Assembly (NCBI GenBank): GCA_051294905.1
Contig: CM119372.1
Coordinates: 33,048,001 to 33,112,000 of the forward strand
Length of the DNA: 64,000 nt
Direction of reading: 5' to 3'
Source of the DNA: Botryllus schlosseri
Taxonomy: Eukaryota
Below are positions 49,944 through 61,696 of this stretch, one piece after another. The notes under the pieces are model-generated. The model searched no databases. It saw nothing but the letters and a program-made list of their open reading frames with translations, and was not told where the DNA came from. Position 1 is the first letter of the stretch. Each line of letters starts with the position of its first letter. Made by a program: the position numbers and the translations under genes.

Positions 49944-50446
49944 CAGGATTGTAATGACATCGGGTCTGATTTTCTCAAAATACGGAAATGACTCGACTTA
50001 TTCAATATGTGTATTGACTCGACTTGGACTCGAGTCATTGCGCATGACTCAAACCAAGTCATAATACTCGAGACTCAGACTGCCGAGACCGACATTTCAT
50101 TGTAATTTCGAAGAATAGTAACGTAACCACCATATTAGTACTTTCGTCTATTGGTAAGTATACTGGAAAATTAGTATATTATAAATACGAACCATTTGAT
50201 ATCACCAAACAGAGTTATAAAAGTGGGTTTAGCAAGACTTTAACTGGAAACTGAGCAGTCAACACAATGACTTGGACTCGGACTCGAGTTATAATACTAT
50301 GACTCGGACTCGAACCTCTGCTCGATGACTTGGACGCGGACTCGGGAATTAAAAATGACTCGACTTGACTCGAGTCAAAACTATAAAAGTGAGATTGACT
50401 TGTGAGTTGTGACTCAGAGCCTTGTGACTTGCTGGTTACAACCCTG
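49944..50446. mobile_element. hAT MITE with GACTCG repeats inserted in the same SINE
   Basis: Termini CAGGATTGTAA...TTACAACCCTG; TSD (C/T)TGAGCGC. Confidence 0.8.
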
Positions 50447-50901
50447 TTGAGCGCCTAGAGCAGGGGTGTCAAACTCAAATTACGTCGCGGGCCGGATTCA
50501 AAACTTCAAGTCGCTCGCGGGCCGCACCAGTCAAATGATTCCAAAATTTTACTTCATGCCCATGATTTTCACTTGAGTACATTATTATCAAGCATAACTA
50601 AACACTAGTATGTCGTATCAAGGACCATAAGGAATTTTTCCCGACGAATGCAATCGGTAAAAGTACTATGATTGGCCGTTTGAATACATTGATGATCCGC
50701 CTAAACCATGGCGGTAGCGACGACATAAGTCGGCATATTTCTATGCTTCCTTTGCTTTAGTCGTAATCTAACGTTATCCATGTTTGTGCGTGCCCTGTAT
50801 GTGCGTTGCGAGGAATACAAGAGAATCATGACTTTAAAAGCGGAAGTTGGAATTTGTATCATTATTATTAAATCGCGATTTGGATTTCTCTGGGTCCCAG
50901 T

Positions 50902-51170
50902 CAGAGATGGCCACAGTCCGGTGCAGGAGCCGGAGTCGGAGCAGGATTTCATTGAATTTTTACCTGGCCGGACTGGATCCGGATTTTGAATTTGCGGTGA
51001 TGGTCGGATTTTAGCCGGATTTTTTGCTGCAATATGATTAATTAGCATTGTTATGGCAGGATTTTTTCGGATTCCAAGCTGGACCTTCAACAGCCGGACT
51101 CCGAATTTCACATTGCCAGCCGGATCCGGATAGATTCGGATCCCGAAATTTGGGAATCCGCCCATCTCTG
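50902..51170. mobile_element. hAT MITE (short member of the 12284-13578 family)
   Basis: CAGAGATGG termini; TSD GTCCCAGT. Confidence 0.9.
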
Positions 51171-51630
51171 GTCCCAGTGACCTTTTCAGTTGAAAGTGAT
51201 ACAGCGGTGCGACCACAGATATTTGAATGATATTTCTATGTAACTAATATATTCTCCACGTAAACTGCATAACGATTCCGAATTGGCGTTTATACTTATG
51301 TGAATAACTGCTTATTGTTCCATTTTCCCATATAACTGTGAACTCAATGTGCGCTTTTTGTCTTCTCGAATTGGGTGTCAATGTGACCGACTTGTTCCTA
51401 TACGGCCGTAAACCAAACTTTGCGCTGATTGGTCGAGAGACAATGGCCATGGATACGGCGCAGCAACGGAGGACGCTGCATTTACCTAAGCCTTGTTGGC
51501 AGTTCGATGTATTCCTATGGCCGTGTAATACTGAATAAAACGACAAGATTACAGTAAAATGTTTATTTCTTCATCAATAATAAGAATTAGGAAAGGAAAT
51601 AGCATATTTACTGACACATACTAAAATACA

Positions 51631-51900
51631 ATGCCGAAATATTGCTGTGTTTATAAATGCAGTGCCACCAATATAAATGAACTGCGGAAGAACAGATCTT
51701 TCCATTCCTTTCCTTCCAACGCAAAGGACAGGAAGGCTTGGGAATGCAGAGTAAGAAGACATGACTTCAAGCCTACTTCGACAAGCTTCATTTGTTCCTA
51801 TCACTTTTGCAAGGAGGATTTTGCTGCAGTGCATTAGATACACCAATACAGTTTCGAAAATCACGTCTAGGTGCGATTCCCAGTCACAATCTCCTTGGTA
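51631..51900 (+). pseudogene. THAP (C2CH) zinc-finger domain, frameshifted
   Basis: MPKYCCVYKC..FHSFP..RKAW..FKP..ICSYHF; an AVPT-like GAIPS motif follows in a shifted frame. Confidence 0.85.
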
Positions 51901-52237
51901 AAGCAGAATATACGCGCATTGCAAAAAGTCGGACCCTGAACTCCATGCCGTGTCAAGCTGCCTTCCTCCAATGTAGTGGATTATACCTATTCAGGAACTA
52001 GTTCTTTTGAAGATAGAGATATGTTAGTCCAGTTCCGTTCCGAATTATAAATAGAATTTTTTGACAATGAACAATGGAGAAATGCGAGTTCAAATTATGA
52101 TTCGAGTAGTTGGTTGAGCATTACATCCAGATGAAATTCCTGGAGTTTTGGAATGTTTTGTTTCCATTCAGGGTCTCTTAATACTTTGCAAATCCGCATA
52201 TCCCTTTGTAGTCCAAATAACAAAATGTGCCCAGTCA

Positions 52238-52621
52238 CTATTTGAGGCATACATTTGGGCCTGAATTTGATGCCAATAAGAGTGATTTACTTGTAATTAT
52301 CCAGCATAGCAATAAAATAAAAATATTTTTCTGTGATTTCCGCCCAAGTTCAAATTTCATGAGGTCATCGACTGTGTTGTTACGATATGGGCCGCGTGTT
52401 CGAGACCTCTGATCTGATACACTAGCAGCAAAATCTTCCTTGCAAAAGTGGTAGGAATAAATGAGGCATGTCGTAGTAGGCTTGAATTCCTGTATTCTTA
52501 CTCTGCATTCCCAAGCCTTCCTGTACTTTGCGTTGGGAGGAGATGAATGGAAAGATCGGTTCTTCCCCAGTTCATTGCCATTGGTGGGACTGCACTTATA
52601 AACACAGCAGTATTTCGGCAT
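52238..52621 (-). pseudogene. Second, degenerate THAP domain copy
   Basis: MPKYCCVYKC..RKAW..IYSYHF (third Cys lost). Confidence 0.8.
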
Positions 52622-53148
52622 TATATTTTAGTATGTTTTCGTAAATATTTTATTTCCTTTCCTAATTCCTATTATTATTGATGAAGAAATAAACATTTAA
52701 CTGTTATCTTGTCGTTTTTAAACAGTCTACACGGCTATAGGAATACATCGTAGAGCCAACTAGGCTTAGGTAAATGCAGCGTCCTCCGTTGCTGCGCCGT
52801 ATCCATGGTCATTGTCTCTCGACCAATCAGCGCAAAGTTTGGTTTACGGCTGTATAGTGGTTACTATAGAAAAGTGGCCGGGAACCTTTTTCGACCGAAG
52901 AGCCATATTGACTAGGGTTGCCATACGTCCGAAATTTCCTGGACATGTCCGGAATTTCACTGTTAAAACTGCGTCCTGGAAGAATTTCTAAAATCTGCCT
53001 AAATGTCCGGAATTTTGAAGTAAGCTCATAAATTTTTCCTAAATCAACGTAAACAATATTATTTTGGGACAGATTTATGCTACATGAAATTTTTCTTCGC
53101 GCTAGGCGCGATTTAGTACCACATTAGTTTTGATATGGGGACTACCAC

Positions 53149-54706
53149 CAAGGGCGTAGCCAGAAAAAATATTTGGGGGGGGGGGCGAAAAATTCGATGA
53201 CGTAAATGAACGTTAAAGATAAAGTAAAATAGCTAAAAACGATGGACTTGGGCCCTTATTGGATGATTAACATAACATCTGGGGCGATCGTTATATATAT
53301 ATATATATTCCATACACAGACATGATGTGATAGTATGGCGATTGTGGAAAACCCCGACGACCACACCTTCACGCAAAGCGCGAAAATTTTTTTTGGTTCA
53401 TTATATTGTTATTTGCATATTGCAAATACGTTTCCATTATCAGATTTACCGACAGGGCTGATAGAAGTCAAAGAGTCGGGGGGGGGGGGGGGGGCGCTTA
53501 ATTATACATCTTGAACTATAATATGTTCCATATGAACTATATATGAATGTTGATGAACTTTTTTTACTCTTCCGATAGGAGTGAAAACAATACTTATATT
53601 TATACGTATCGAAATCAATAACAATTATGACATGAAGTCTTCTGATGGATACCCGACCTAGCCGCGCGAAATGTTGCACATTATATAGAACGATCTACGA
53701 AAAATGTGGCTCTCCCCTGGCTACGCCAATGCGTCGGAACTGATATTTTAGTCGTCAAAATCCCAAATTTCGCGGTCAAGTTAAACAAAATTTGGTTATT
53801 TGGTTTTGGTAATTTATTTTTTGATAATATTAGTAATTTCGAGAATTAACCCGCAGGTCACTCAAAACCTTCTCGCGGGCAACGGGTTGGCCGCCCCTGT
53901 TCTAGAGAATGTGCAGAACGTATTTTTTTTTTGGATAAATGAAGGAATAATTTGATCAATAATATTAGTGCGTCTGTATGAACAAGTGGTGTCCATTCTT
54001 ATCACTTCGTTGAAGCACGGTTAGTTCGTAACCTCTGGTACAGATTGACGCTATACCTTAAAGATTGAAATCGCTGATACAAATCAGACCAATTAAAAAA
54101 CCTCCTTTGATCAGACTCGTTCAATTTCCAATTAGCAGTTTTTAACGTGAAGTGGTGATATTTTCTTGTGCCATGCAGTCGCATTTATGTTGGAGGGGCC
54201 CGATTGCAGGGACAGGATCATTAGGCGCCATGCAACCATTTAAGCACCCGAAAATGTTTCTCGAAGGCTTTTGGGTCGGTTTTATGGCCGACAATCATTT
54301 TGGGAGCGCACTTTGCGGAGTCGCATGTAGCCTATACTTTATATATCTTCGTGTGTCCCGGAACGGAAGTTGCCGGAGTCAACAGTTCCCAACTCCCATA
54401 CTGAACTGACACTCCTAAAGACTCAATCAATCCAACAACCTCGAGCTACTCTAGTGTATCTACTGGTACTGTTGTATTTTCATAATAGAGAATGCAGCTA
54501 AACTCTACAATGGGTATTTGCGGAAGAGTTCGTGATACCGATGATAAAATCAAGACATGAATGGACAAGAAATCGCGCGAAGAAAAATTTTAGGTTACAT
54601 ACATCTGCCCCAAATACTGTAATATCTATTCCTTTTACGAAAATTTTCCAAAAATTTGGGGGGGGGGGGCGACCGCCCCTTTCGCCCCTCCCTGGCTACG
54701 CCAGTG
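53149..54706. mobile_element. hAT-type insertion within a partial copy (52914-~55130) of the 57438-58556 family
   Basis: GGCGTAGCCAG termini; TSD ACTACCAC. Confidence 0.75.
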
Positions 54707-55531
54707 ACTACCACCCTCGCAAAAACTGCGATCAAAAATAAATAAAAATAACATTTATTTACAGAAAGTAGTCTAACTGTAATCGCAATTACAAGACAAC
54801 GGTATATTCGTAGAGTCGATTTAGGCCATTTTGATGCTTCATTCAAAGATAGTGGTTCTAGTAGTTTGCCTTTATTCTGGGGTTCGCGAAGATGTTGAAC
54901 GTAACCAGCTTCCAAACTAGGTCGTGGGTAAGTCTGGGCAAATGCGCCGACCTTTAATAAGTAATCTGCTTATCAAATTTTGAGCCGGGTCACGGAACAT
55001 TTTCAAATTGGAAATGAAGTCACGACCATAAAAGGTTGGAAACCACCGAATGTGCTGATAGCTCAGTGGTGCAGTGCGCACGCAATCATTCGTCTGATAA
55101 ATAATCTTATCGGTGTGACTTGAACATGACTTAACGATCTATGATAGCAATTTTCAATCTACTCAGAATTGCTCCGCGGGCCGGATGAAATCGTCTGGCG
55201 GGCCGTAAGTTTGTCTCCCCTAGGTAGCCGGTAGCCGACCTAGAGGATAGCCGCGGATACCAGTTTTCAAGTCTTTGGTCTGACCCGTCCGGGAGAGAGA
55301 GAGATATGATATTCTTTTTCGCCTGCACCATCGAGATGCTTTGCCTTGATGCTTAGCAGGATAGCTGCGGATACCAATTTTCGAGTCTTTGGTATGACCC
55401 GACCGGGGATCGAACCCAGGACCTACCGATCAAGAAGCAGGACGCATCACCATTACACTTTTCTGCAACAGCCATTTCAACGCTATGTGCCAAGCAAATA
55501 AAAATTGTAGCCTACCAAGTACACTGTACAT

Positions 55532-56862
55532 CAGCGGTTCTCAACCTTTTTTGACACGCGCCCCCCTTGGCGATGGTCAAAAAATCGCGCCCCCCTGACC
55601 CCCCTTACATTTATCGTCATGTCAAAAAGAGTACATCATCTAATACAGAAGTGGGCAACCTTCTTGCTAGTCATGACCACATTTCGATTACTTATGTAGC
55701 CTAAGGCCGCATTCCAGGGCATAGCCGCAATGAACGATCTGGACGCTAAATACCTATGGTAAACTGTCCATATCCATTCCCGGTGAACTCCGGACTATTC
55801 TACTTTTCACAACGGTCTATTGTACGCACCGAAATCGCGAGTGGCAATGTTATGAATAGTTGCTGGGAGTGCATATTGTCGCGCCGTGCGCGAAAATTTT
55901 TCAGAGCCGCGAATGAATTGTTATTTCTTGAGGATTCCCTTTCCTGCTCCAAGTAAGAAAGGCGCTAATGCATTAAAATCGAAAAATGAAGTCTTGTTGA
56001 ATTGCGCGGAGCGCGAAGAAAATTTCAAGATTAAATAAAATCTCTCGAAAATTCGGGAGTGAATTCGTAATTGCAATTTGCATGTCTGCGGCTGCCAACA
56101 CATACTAATTGAATTAGGCGTCGACGGCCGCACAAATTCCCTTCTACGGCCGCATGCTGCCGTACGGGCTGCCCACCCCTGATCTAATAGTATACAAGAG
56201 GTATATCTTACGCCAATTTTGAATCCGCATTCCGGTTGTTTAGTCTTTTACATTGCTGACAAACTTCCCCAAACTTGTTTGAAAATAACAAAAAAAAAAA
56301 CATTGAAAAGAACATCAATTAATTTCAAGGTAGGTTGCACTGAGACTAATCCTGATGCTGGTAGTGACTACAGAGAGCACGGCGTCGTTCTGTCCTGTCA
56401 TGCTAAATTTGATCAGTTTTGGAAATGAATTAAATTGTGTTGATTTATAGCCAAATTGAGGACGAAACCGGGCAACCTATATTGCATCTAAGTCTGTCTT
56501 AAGCAGTGCAGTTCGCCAGCTATCAACAACAGCTACCTAGCGCACAGAGATTTAGGCTACTGCCAAAGTTATAAAGTAATGAATGACTTGCACGTGGGAA
56601 TTTCTCTAAATCTTCAAAGAATATCAAAAATTTGCTCAAATGAAGTTGAAGTCAGCCTATACTCCGTTGAGCGCAACTGCTGGAGTTTGAGTTTGTCAAG
56701 CTTTCTAGAATACTAATTATGTTTAATCTTCAATAATCGTCTCTTCAGAATGGTTGTGAAACACATGTTAAGTCCCAATTTATACAGACATTGACAAAAT
56801 TGACAAAAATTTCTCGCGCCCCCCCTGAGAGCCTCCCGCGCCCCCCAGGTTGAGAACCCCTG
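55532..56862 (-). mobile_element. Second copy of the composite hAT MITE (nested element 55646-56181, TSD ATCTAATA)
   Basis: Reverse complement of 20715-22036; TSD CTGTACA(T/G). Confidence 0.9.
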
Positions 56863-57437
56863 CTGTACAGTGTACAGCGTGCATTAATAAGGCTCTGACG
56901 ACCAACGATCATGCTTTTATATTGCCGTGTGTAAGGTGTAACGTTAAGTCTGCCTTAGCTGCTGTGGATTTGTGCCTCTACTTCCGCGGTGACGAGACGT
57001 ACTGTAGCCTACTGTATATCCAGGATTAGTTCTACTAGAACCGAAGTCATTTACGAATTATTATGAATGCTACTTGGTTAGCGCTATTGCAATCTTCAGT
57101 GTTTTGCTCATGTTCACTGTTCAGTTCATTGCATAAGAATATGCATCAGGCTGTAGTTCATATACTGTTCGTGTTCAGTTAACTCGTACCCATGCAGTGT
57201 TAAAAATGTATAGGCCTGCAGTCTTTTGCTCTTATCCCCGCCAATGTGAGCAAGGTTTTTTGAGTATGCGCAGTGCGCACGACGAATAACACATTTCTTG
57301 CCAGACCTCAGCTGAACGTAATTTTACACGAGCCCTTTCAAAACACTTCCACGAATATTATTTATCGCTAAGCTCATCCATCGCAATGAAATAATTCTTG
57401 AAATTATAAATATCGTTGGCTGTGTCGGGGCCTATGA

Positions 57438-58556
57438 TAGGGTTGCCATACGTCCGGAATTTCCCGGACATGTCCGGAATTTCACTGTTCAAACTAGCGT
57501 CCGGGAGGAATTTCTAAAATATGCCAAATGTCCGGAATTTTGAAGACTGGACGTAAATCAGCATAAAAACAATATTTTTGGGAATATTTACGCTGATGCA
57601 TGATATTTGTCTTCGCGATGCGCGCGATTTACTATCACATTTATTGATTTTAATATGGAGACTACCACCCTCGCAAAAACCGCAATAAAATATAAATAAA
57701 AATAACAGTCATTTACTGGAATAAGCCTAATTGTAATCGCATTTATAGGAGAACGGTATATTCCTAGAGATCGTTGAGGCGGTTTAAATGCTTCATTCAA
57801 AGATAGTGGTTCCAATCGTTTGTCTTTATTGTGGTGCTTTCGAATATGTTGAACGTAATCAACTTACAAATTAGCCCGTGAGTAAGTCTGAGCAAAGGTG
57901 CTGACTTCTTTTTTGATCTGGGCCACGGAACATTTTCAAATTGGAGATGGAGTCACGATCATAAAAGATTCGAAACCAATTGATGTGGAATTGATGTCGT
58001 GCGCACCGGCATGAGGCTGATAAACAATCTTATCGGTAGGACATGAACATGACTTAACGATGTGCAATTACGCTCCTTGTATTTTCGAGCTCATTATCCT
58101 GCACCAGCTCTACCGCTAACTCTGATCAGGTGGCCGGAGAGTAGTATCTATATAGTAATATATGTAACGACCAGTATTATTGACAGAATTCATTCAAATA
58201 ATTTAACCACCAGATGCATATAGAAACCCAATTCATATAGCAATCACCCTTCCCCCCCCCAGAAGTTGCATCGAATACCCTATAGTGTGGGTATTTGTTT
58301 ATTTGGGTGGGAGGAGGCTGAAAACATGTGCTTTCGGTCCCGATTATAAAACACAAATAGCCACATACTCCTGAACCGCATCGCGACCACCGCTGGTCTA
58401 TGAGCCAGGGATATCCCTGCTAAAACTTTTAGATATTTTTAGATATCCCTGCTATGAGCAAAGCTTTACTACTGTGACGTCATAAATCATTTTGAAATCC
58501 ACCAGTGGGCGCTAAAGAGTGTATGGAATTTGGGTTGCTGAAATATGGTAACCCTA
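57438..58556. mobile_element. hAT-type non-autonomous element
   Basis: Termini TAGGGTTGCCATA...TATGGTAACCCTA; TSD GCCTATGA. Confidence 0.88.
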
Positions 58557-59440
58557 GCCTATGACGACGATAACTCGGTTGTGTTTATTGCCTACACTTG
58601 ATGCAAAATTATTTTAAAGGGGCGAGATCAGATCAGTATATTATTAATATTCTCATCATTTCAAAACACAACAAAACTGCGATACAATGAAAAGATAGGA
58701 AGGTGTCAAAATGACTTGGAGTAGTCTTTGAAATCATAGACACCCACCTTAGCCTATAGGCGAAGTGGAGAAGGGGCATGCACACTGAATGAAAAGTAAA
58801 GCAGAGAATATATAAGGCAAGCGACAAAATGAGGTGGCATGTGGTGGAAAGCGAGATCGATATGTCAGGTCGTGGTCCGGTAATCCTAAAGGCTGACTAG
58901 TGGGCTATTCATTTAGAAAAAATTGCTTGTATTTCGACGTGAATGCGGCGACATGCTCGACGACTGTCGGATAGCCGGCGAGATGCTATGCCACAATTTG
59001 GTCCAGCATACTTTGATAGAGCAATGCGTTTTCTTGTATTCCGTCCTGATCATATGGTAGTTGTTCTTCGTTGGCGCGCGTGTGCCGTACATGTTCGCTT
59101 TTGACTCCGAGGTGAAGTAGTCGTTGAAATTTTAGGGACATTGACCGCTGTAGCGGTCGATGCAACGACTTGTTGCAAGACACGCTGGTATAGTGCTCGA
59201 TTGGATTCGATGCTACAGTTCCTGTTGTACGCACAAGCCGACTGATCACACACGCGTCATGACTTGAAAAAACGCAATAAAAACGTGTTTTAAGTTAGGA
59301 CCTTGTTTTAAACATGTTTGTTTTAAATTGATTTTTGTTTTAAATGCAACCCTATCTATATAGGCCCTACGACTCGCTGCGACTGACGCGCGAGCACGCC
59401 CGCTACACTTGGCGATCACACAAAGCATGTGCTTCGCAGG

Positions 59441-61696
59441 TGTGAAAACCCTGGTATTCGATTTGTAACAGTCCAGTAATTACATTGTGTCGTCACACTT
59501 GATTTGTTACACTCGCGCTTCCTTCGTAGTTTCACATGGAATGTTCGCTGAAGTTCTGCGGTTGGCACGTGGTTTTTTGGCTAGGGATGGAGCGGTAACG
59601 ATCGTCTGTGTGTATTGTGTACTAGTGTACAGTACACTGGCGTATTTGGCTGTATTGAAGATTCGCCTTGGATTATGAAATTAAACTGATTTATATATGG
59701 TACAACGCTGGGCTCGTGTGTTGTGCTAACAACCGTCCGTCGCCAGGAGAGGTTCCGAGACCCGAACACACTCACGACTTCCCCGTTAAGCAATTATCGC
59801 CGAATCGGGGACGCTACAAACTTGGCGAGCACGCCAGGAGCTCTTCTTAAAGTGACGGTTCGGTTGGAACGACATGGACTGGAAGACTGCCATGACGGAG
59901 CAGTGGCGTAGGGATGTTCTACAGAAGCTGTCGGACAAGGTACAAGCGTGCATTAACGGATACAATGAAAGGATGCAGCGAGGGGACCAAGGGGCCGGAG
60001 TCACCGCTGGGATTGACCGTGTGCGCAACAGCCGGACAGGGCTTCTTTCGGCTAGAACGAGCATTTCAAAGCGGAAATCGGAAGGCAAGGATTCAGGCTT
60101 GCCTGAGAGGGAGACTAAGCAACAGAGCAGTGGCTGTCTTGACGACGCTGTGAGTGGGAGAGTAGACGCCCACTGGGATGGCACTGCTGCTGATGGACCT
60201 GCTTTGACGACTGGAGCGCTATTGGTCGCAGAAGGCAAGGAGTCAGGCTTGCCTTGGACTGAGCAACAGAGCAGTGGCTGTCTTAATGACGCTGTGAGTG
60301 GGAGAGTAGACACCCACAGGGATGACACTGCTGCTGATGGACCTGCTTTGACGACACATGCGCCATTGGACGCAGAAGGCAAGGAGTCAGGCTTGCCTTG
60401 GACTGAGCAACAGAGTAGTGACTGTCTTGATGACGCTGTGAGTGGGAGGGTAGACACCCACTGGGATGGCACTACTGCTGTTGGAGCTACTTGGACGATG
60501 CGTGAGCTATCGGCCGCGGAAAGCAAGGAGTCAGGCTTGCCTTTGACTGAGCAACAGGGTAGTGGCTGCTGTGACGAATGACGATGACGTGGGTGGGAGA
60601 GCGGACACCTACTGGGATGGCACTGCTGATGAGGTTCCGTCGACGACATGCGCGATACTGGTCGCGGAAGGCAAGGAGTCAAGCATGCCTGAGACAAAGC
60701 TGCCGTGTTCTGGCTGTCGTGACGACAAGGAAAGTAGGAAAACGGACACTTGCCGGGGTAACGCTGCTGCGGACGGGATTGATTCGACGGTACGGCCGGT
60801 TTTGGTCGTTGAGAGCAACGTTTCGTGTTTACCTGAGACCGAGCAGCAGGAGAATGATTGCCATAGTAATGCGGCTGCCGATGTTTTCTTCACTAAGCGT
60901 GAGAATGGTGTTGCGCTGAGTGCACGTGAGAGTTCAGATGCCCAGGGATGTTGGTGCGAGCTGCGGAAATCCTTCGTCCCATTCGCGACCAATGGGATTT
61001 TGACTGAGTGTCTGAGGCTGACCATTCGAGGAGCGAGACTGACCACGTCGAAGGAGCGAATCGGTGCAGTGACGTGAAGGAGTTGTGGAAATGGGACTGT
61101 GCGGGGATGACGAATTTGGAACGGACATAGTAGTTTAATCTTTTTTTTTTCGATTGAGTGGAACGAAGTGCTATACATTTGTATACTAGGCCTAATACTG
61201 TATGTGATTTGATGAGCTAGCGATCACAACTGTCATTTGTAGGGTTGGTTAGTTGAGTAGATTTTGTGTGATTGAGATTTTTTTGTAGGGAAAATCCAAT
61301 CCAGAAAGGTGAGGGTAGTGTGAAAACCCTGGTATTCGATTTGTAACAGTCCAGTAATTACATTGTGTCGTCACGCTTGATTTGTTACACTCGCGCTTCC
61401 TTCGTAGTATCGCATGGAATGTTCGCTGAAGTTCTGCGGTTGGCACGTGGTTTTTTGGCTAGGGATGGAGCGGTAACGATCGTCTGTGTGTATTGTGTAC
61501 TAGTGTACAGTACACTGGCGTATTTGGCTGTATTGAAGATTCGCCTTGGATTATGAAATTAAACTGATTTATATATGGTACAACGCTGGGCTCGTGTGCT
61601 GTGCTAACAACCGTCCGTCGCCAGGAGAGGTTCCGAGACCCGAACACACTCACGACTTCCCCGTTAAGCAATTATCGCCGAATCGGGGACGCTACA
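59441..61696 (+). mobile_element. Non-autonomous LTR retroelement (Gypsy-like), 378-bp LTRs
   Basis: LTRs at 59441-59818 and 61319-61696 (about 4 differences); TSD CAGG; PBS TGGCGAGCACGCCAGGAG at 59823; PPT AGAAAGGTGAGGGTAG. Confidence 0.92.
59874..61077 (+). pseudogene. Orphan acidic protein with ~48-aa tandem repeats, frameshifted near 60580
   Basis: EGKESGLP.TEQQSSGCL.DAVSGRVDTHWDGTAADG repeats continue from ORF 59874-60581 into 60562-61077. Confidence 0.55.

Larger units (their letters stand above)
51398..52857. mobile_element. Fold-back DNA element with ~440-bp TIRs, each encoding a THAP domain
   Basis: ctatacggccgtaaaccaaactttgcgctgattggtcgagagac.. at 51398 is mirrored at ..52857; THAP ORFs start at 51631 (+) and 52621 (-). 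Confidence 0.85.

Noticed and set aside
54002..54409. ORFs that look like a captured exon inside a hAT element
   Set aside because: Short, no motif, no consistent frame.
59786..61178. Long antisense ORFs (303 aa, 189 aa)
   Set aside because: Shadows of the stop-poor 144-bp repeat; element polarity (PBS/PPT) favours the + strand.
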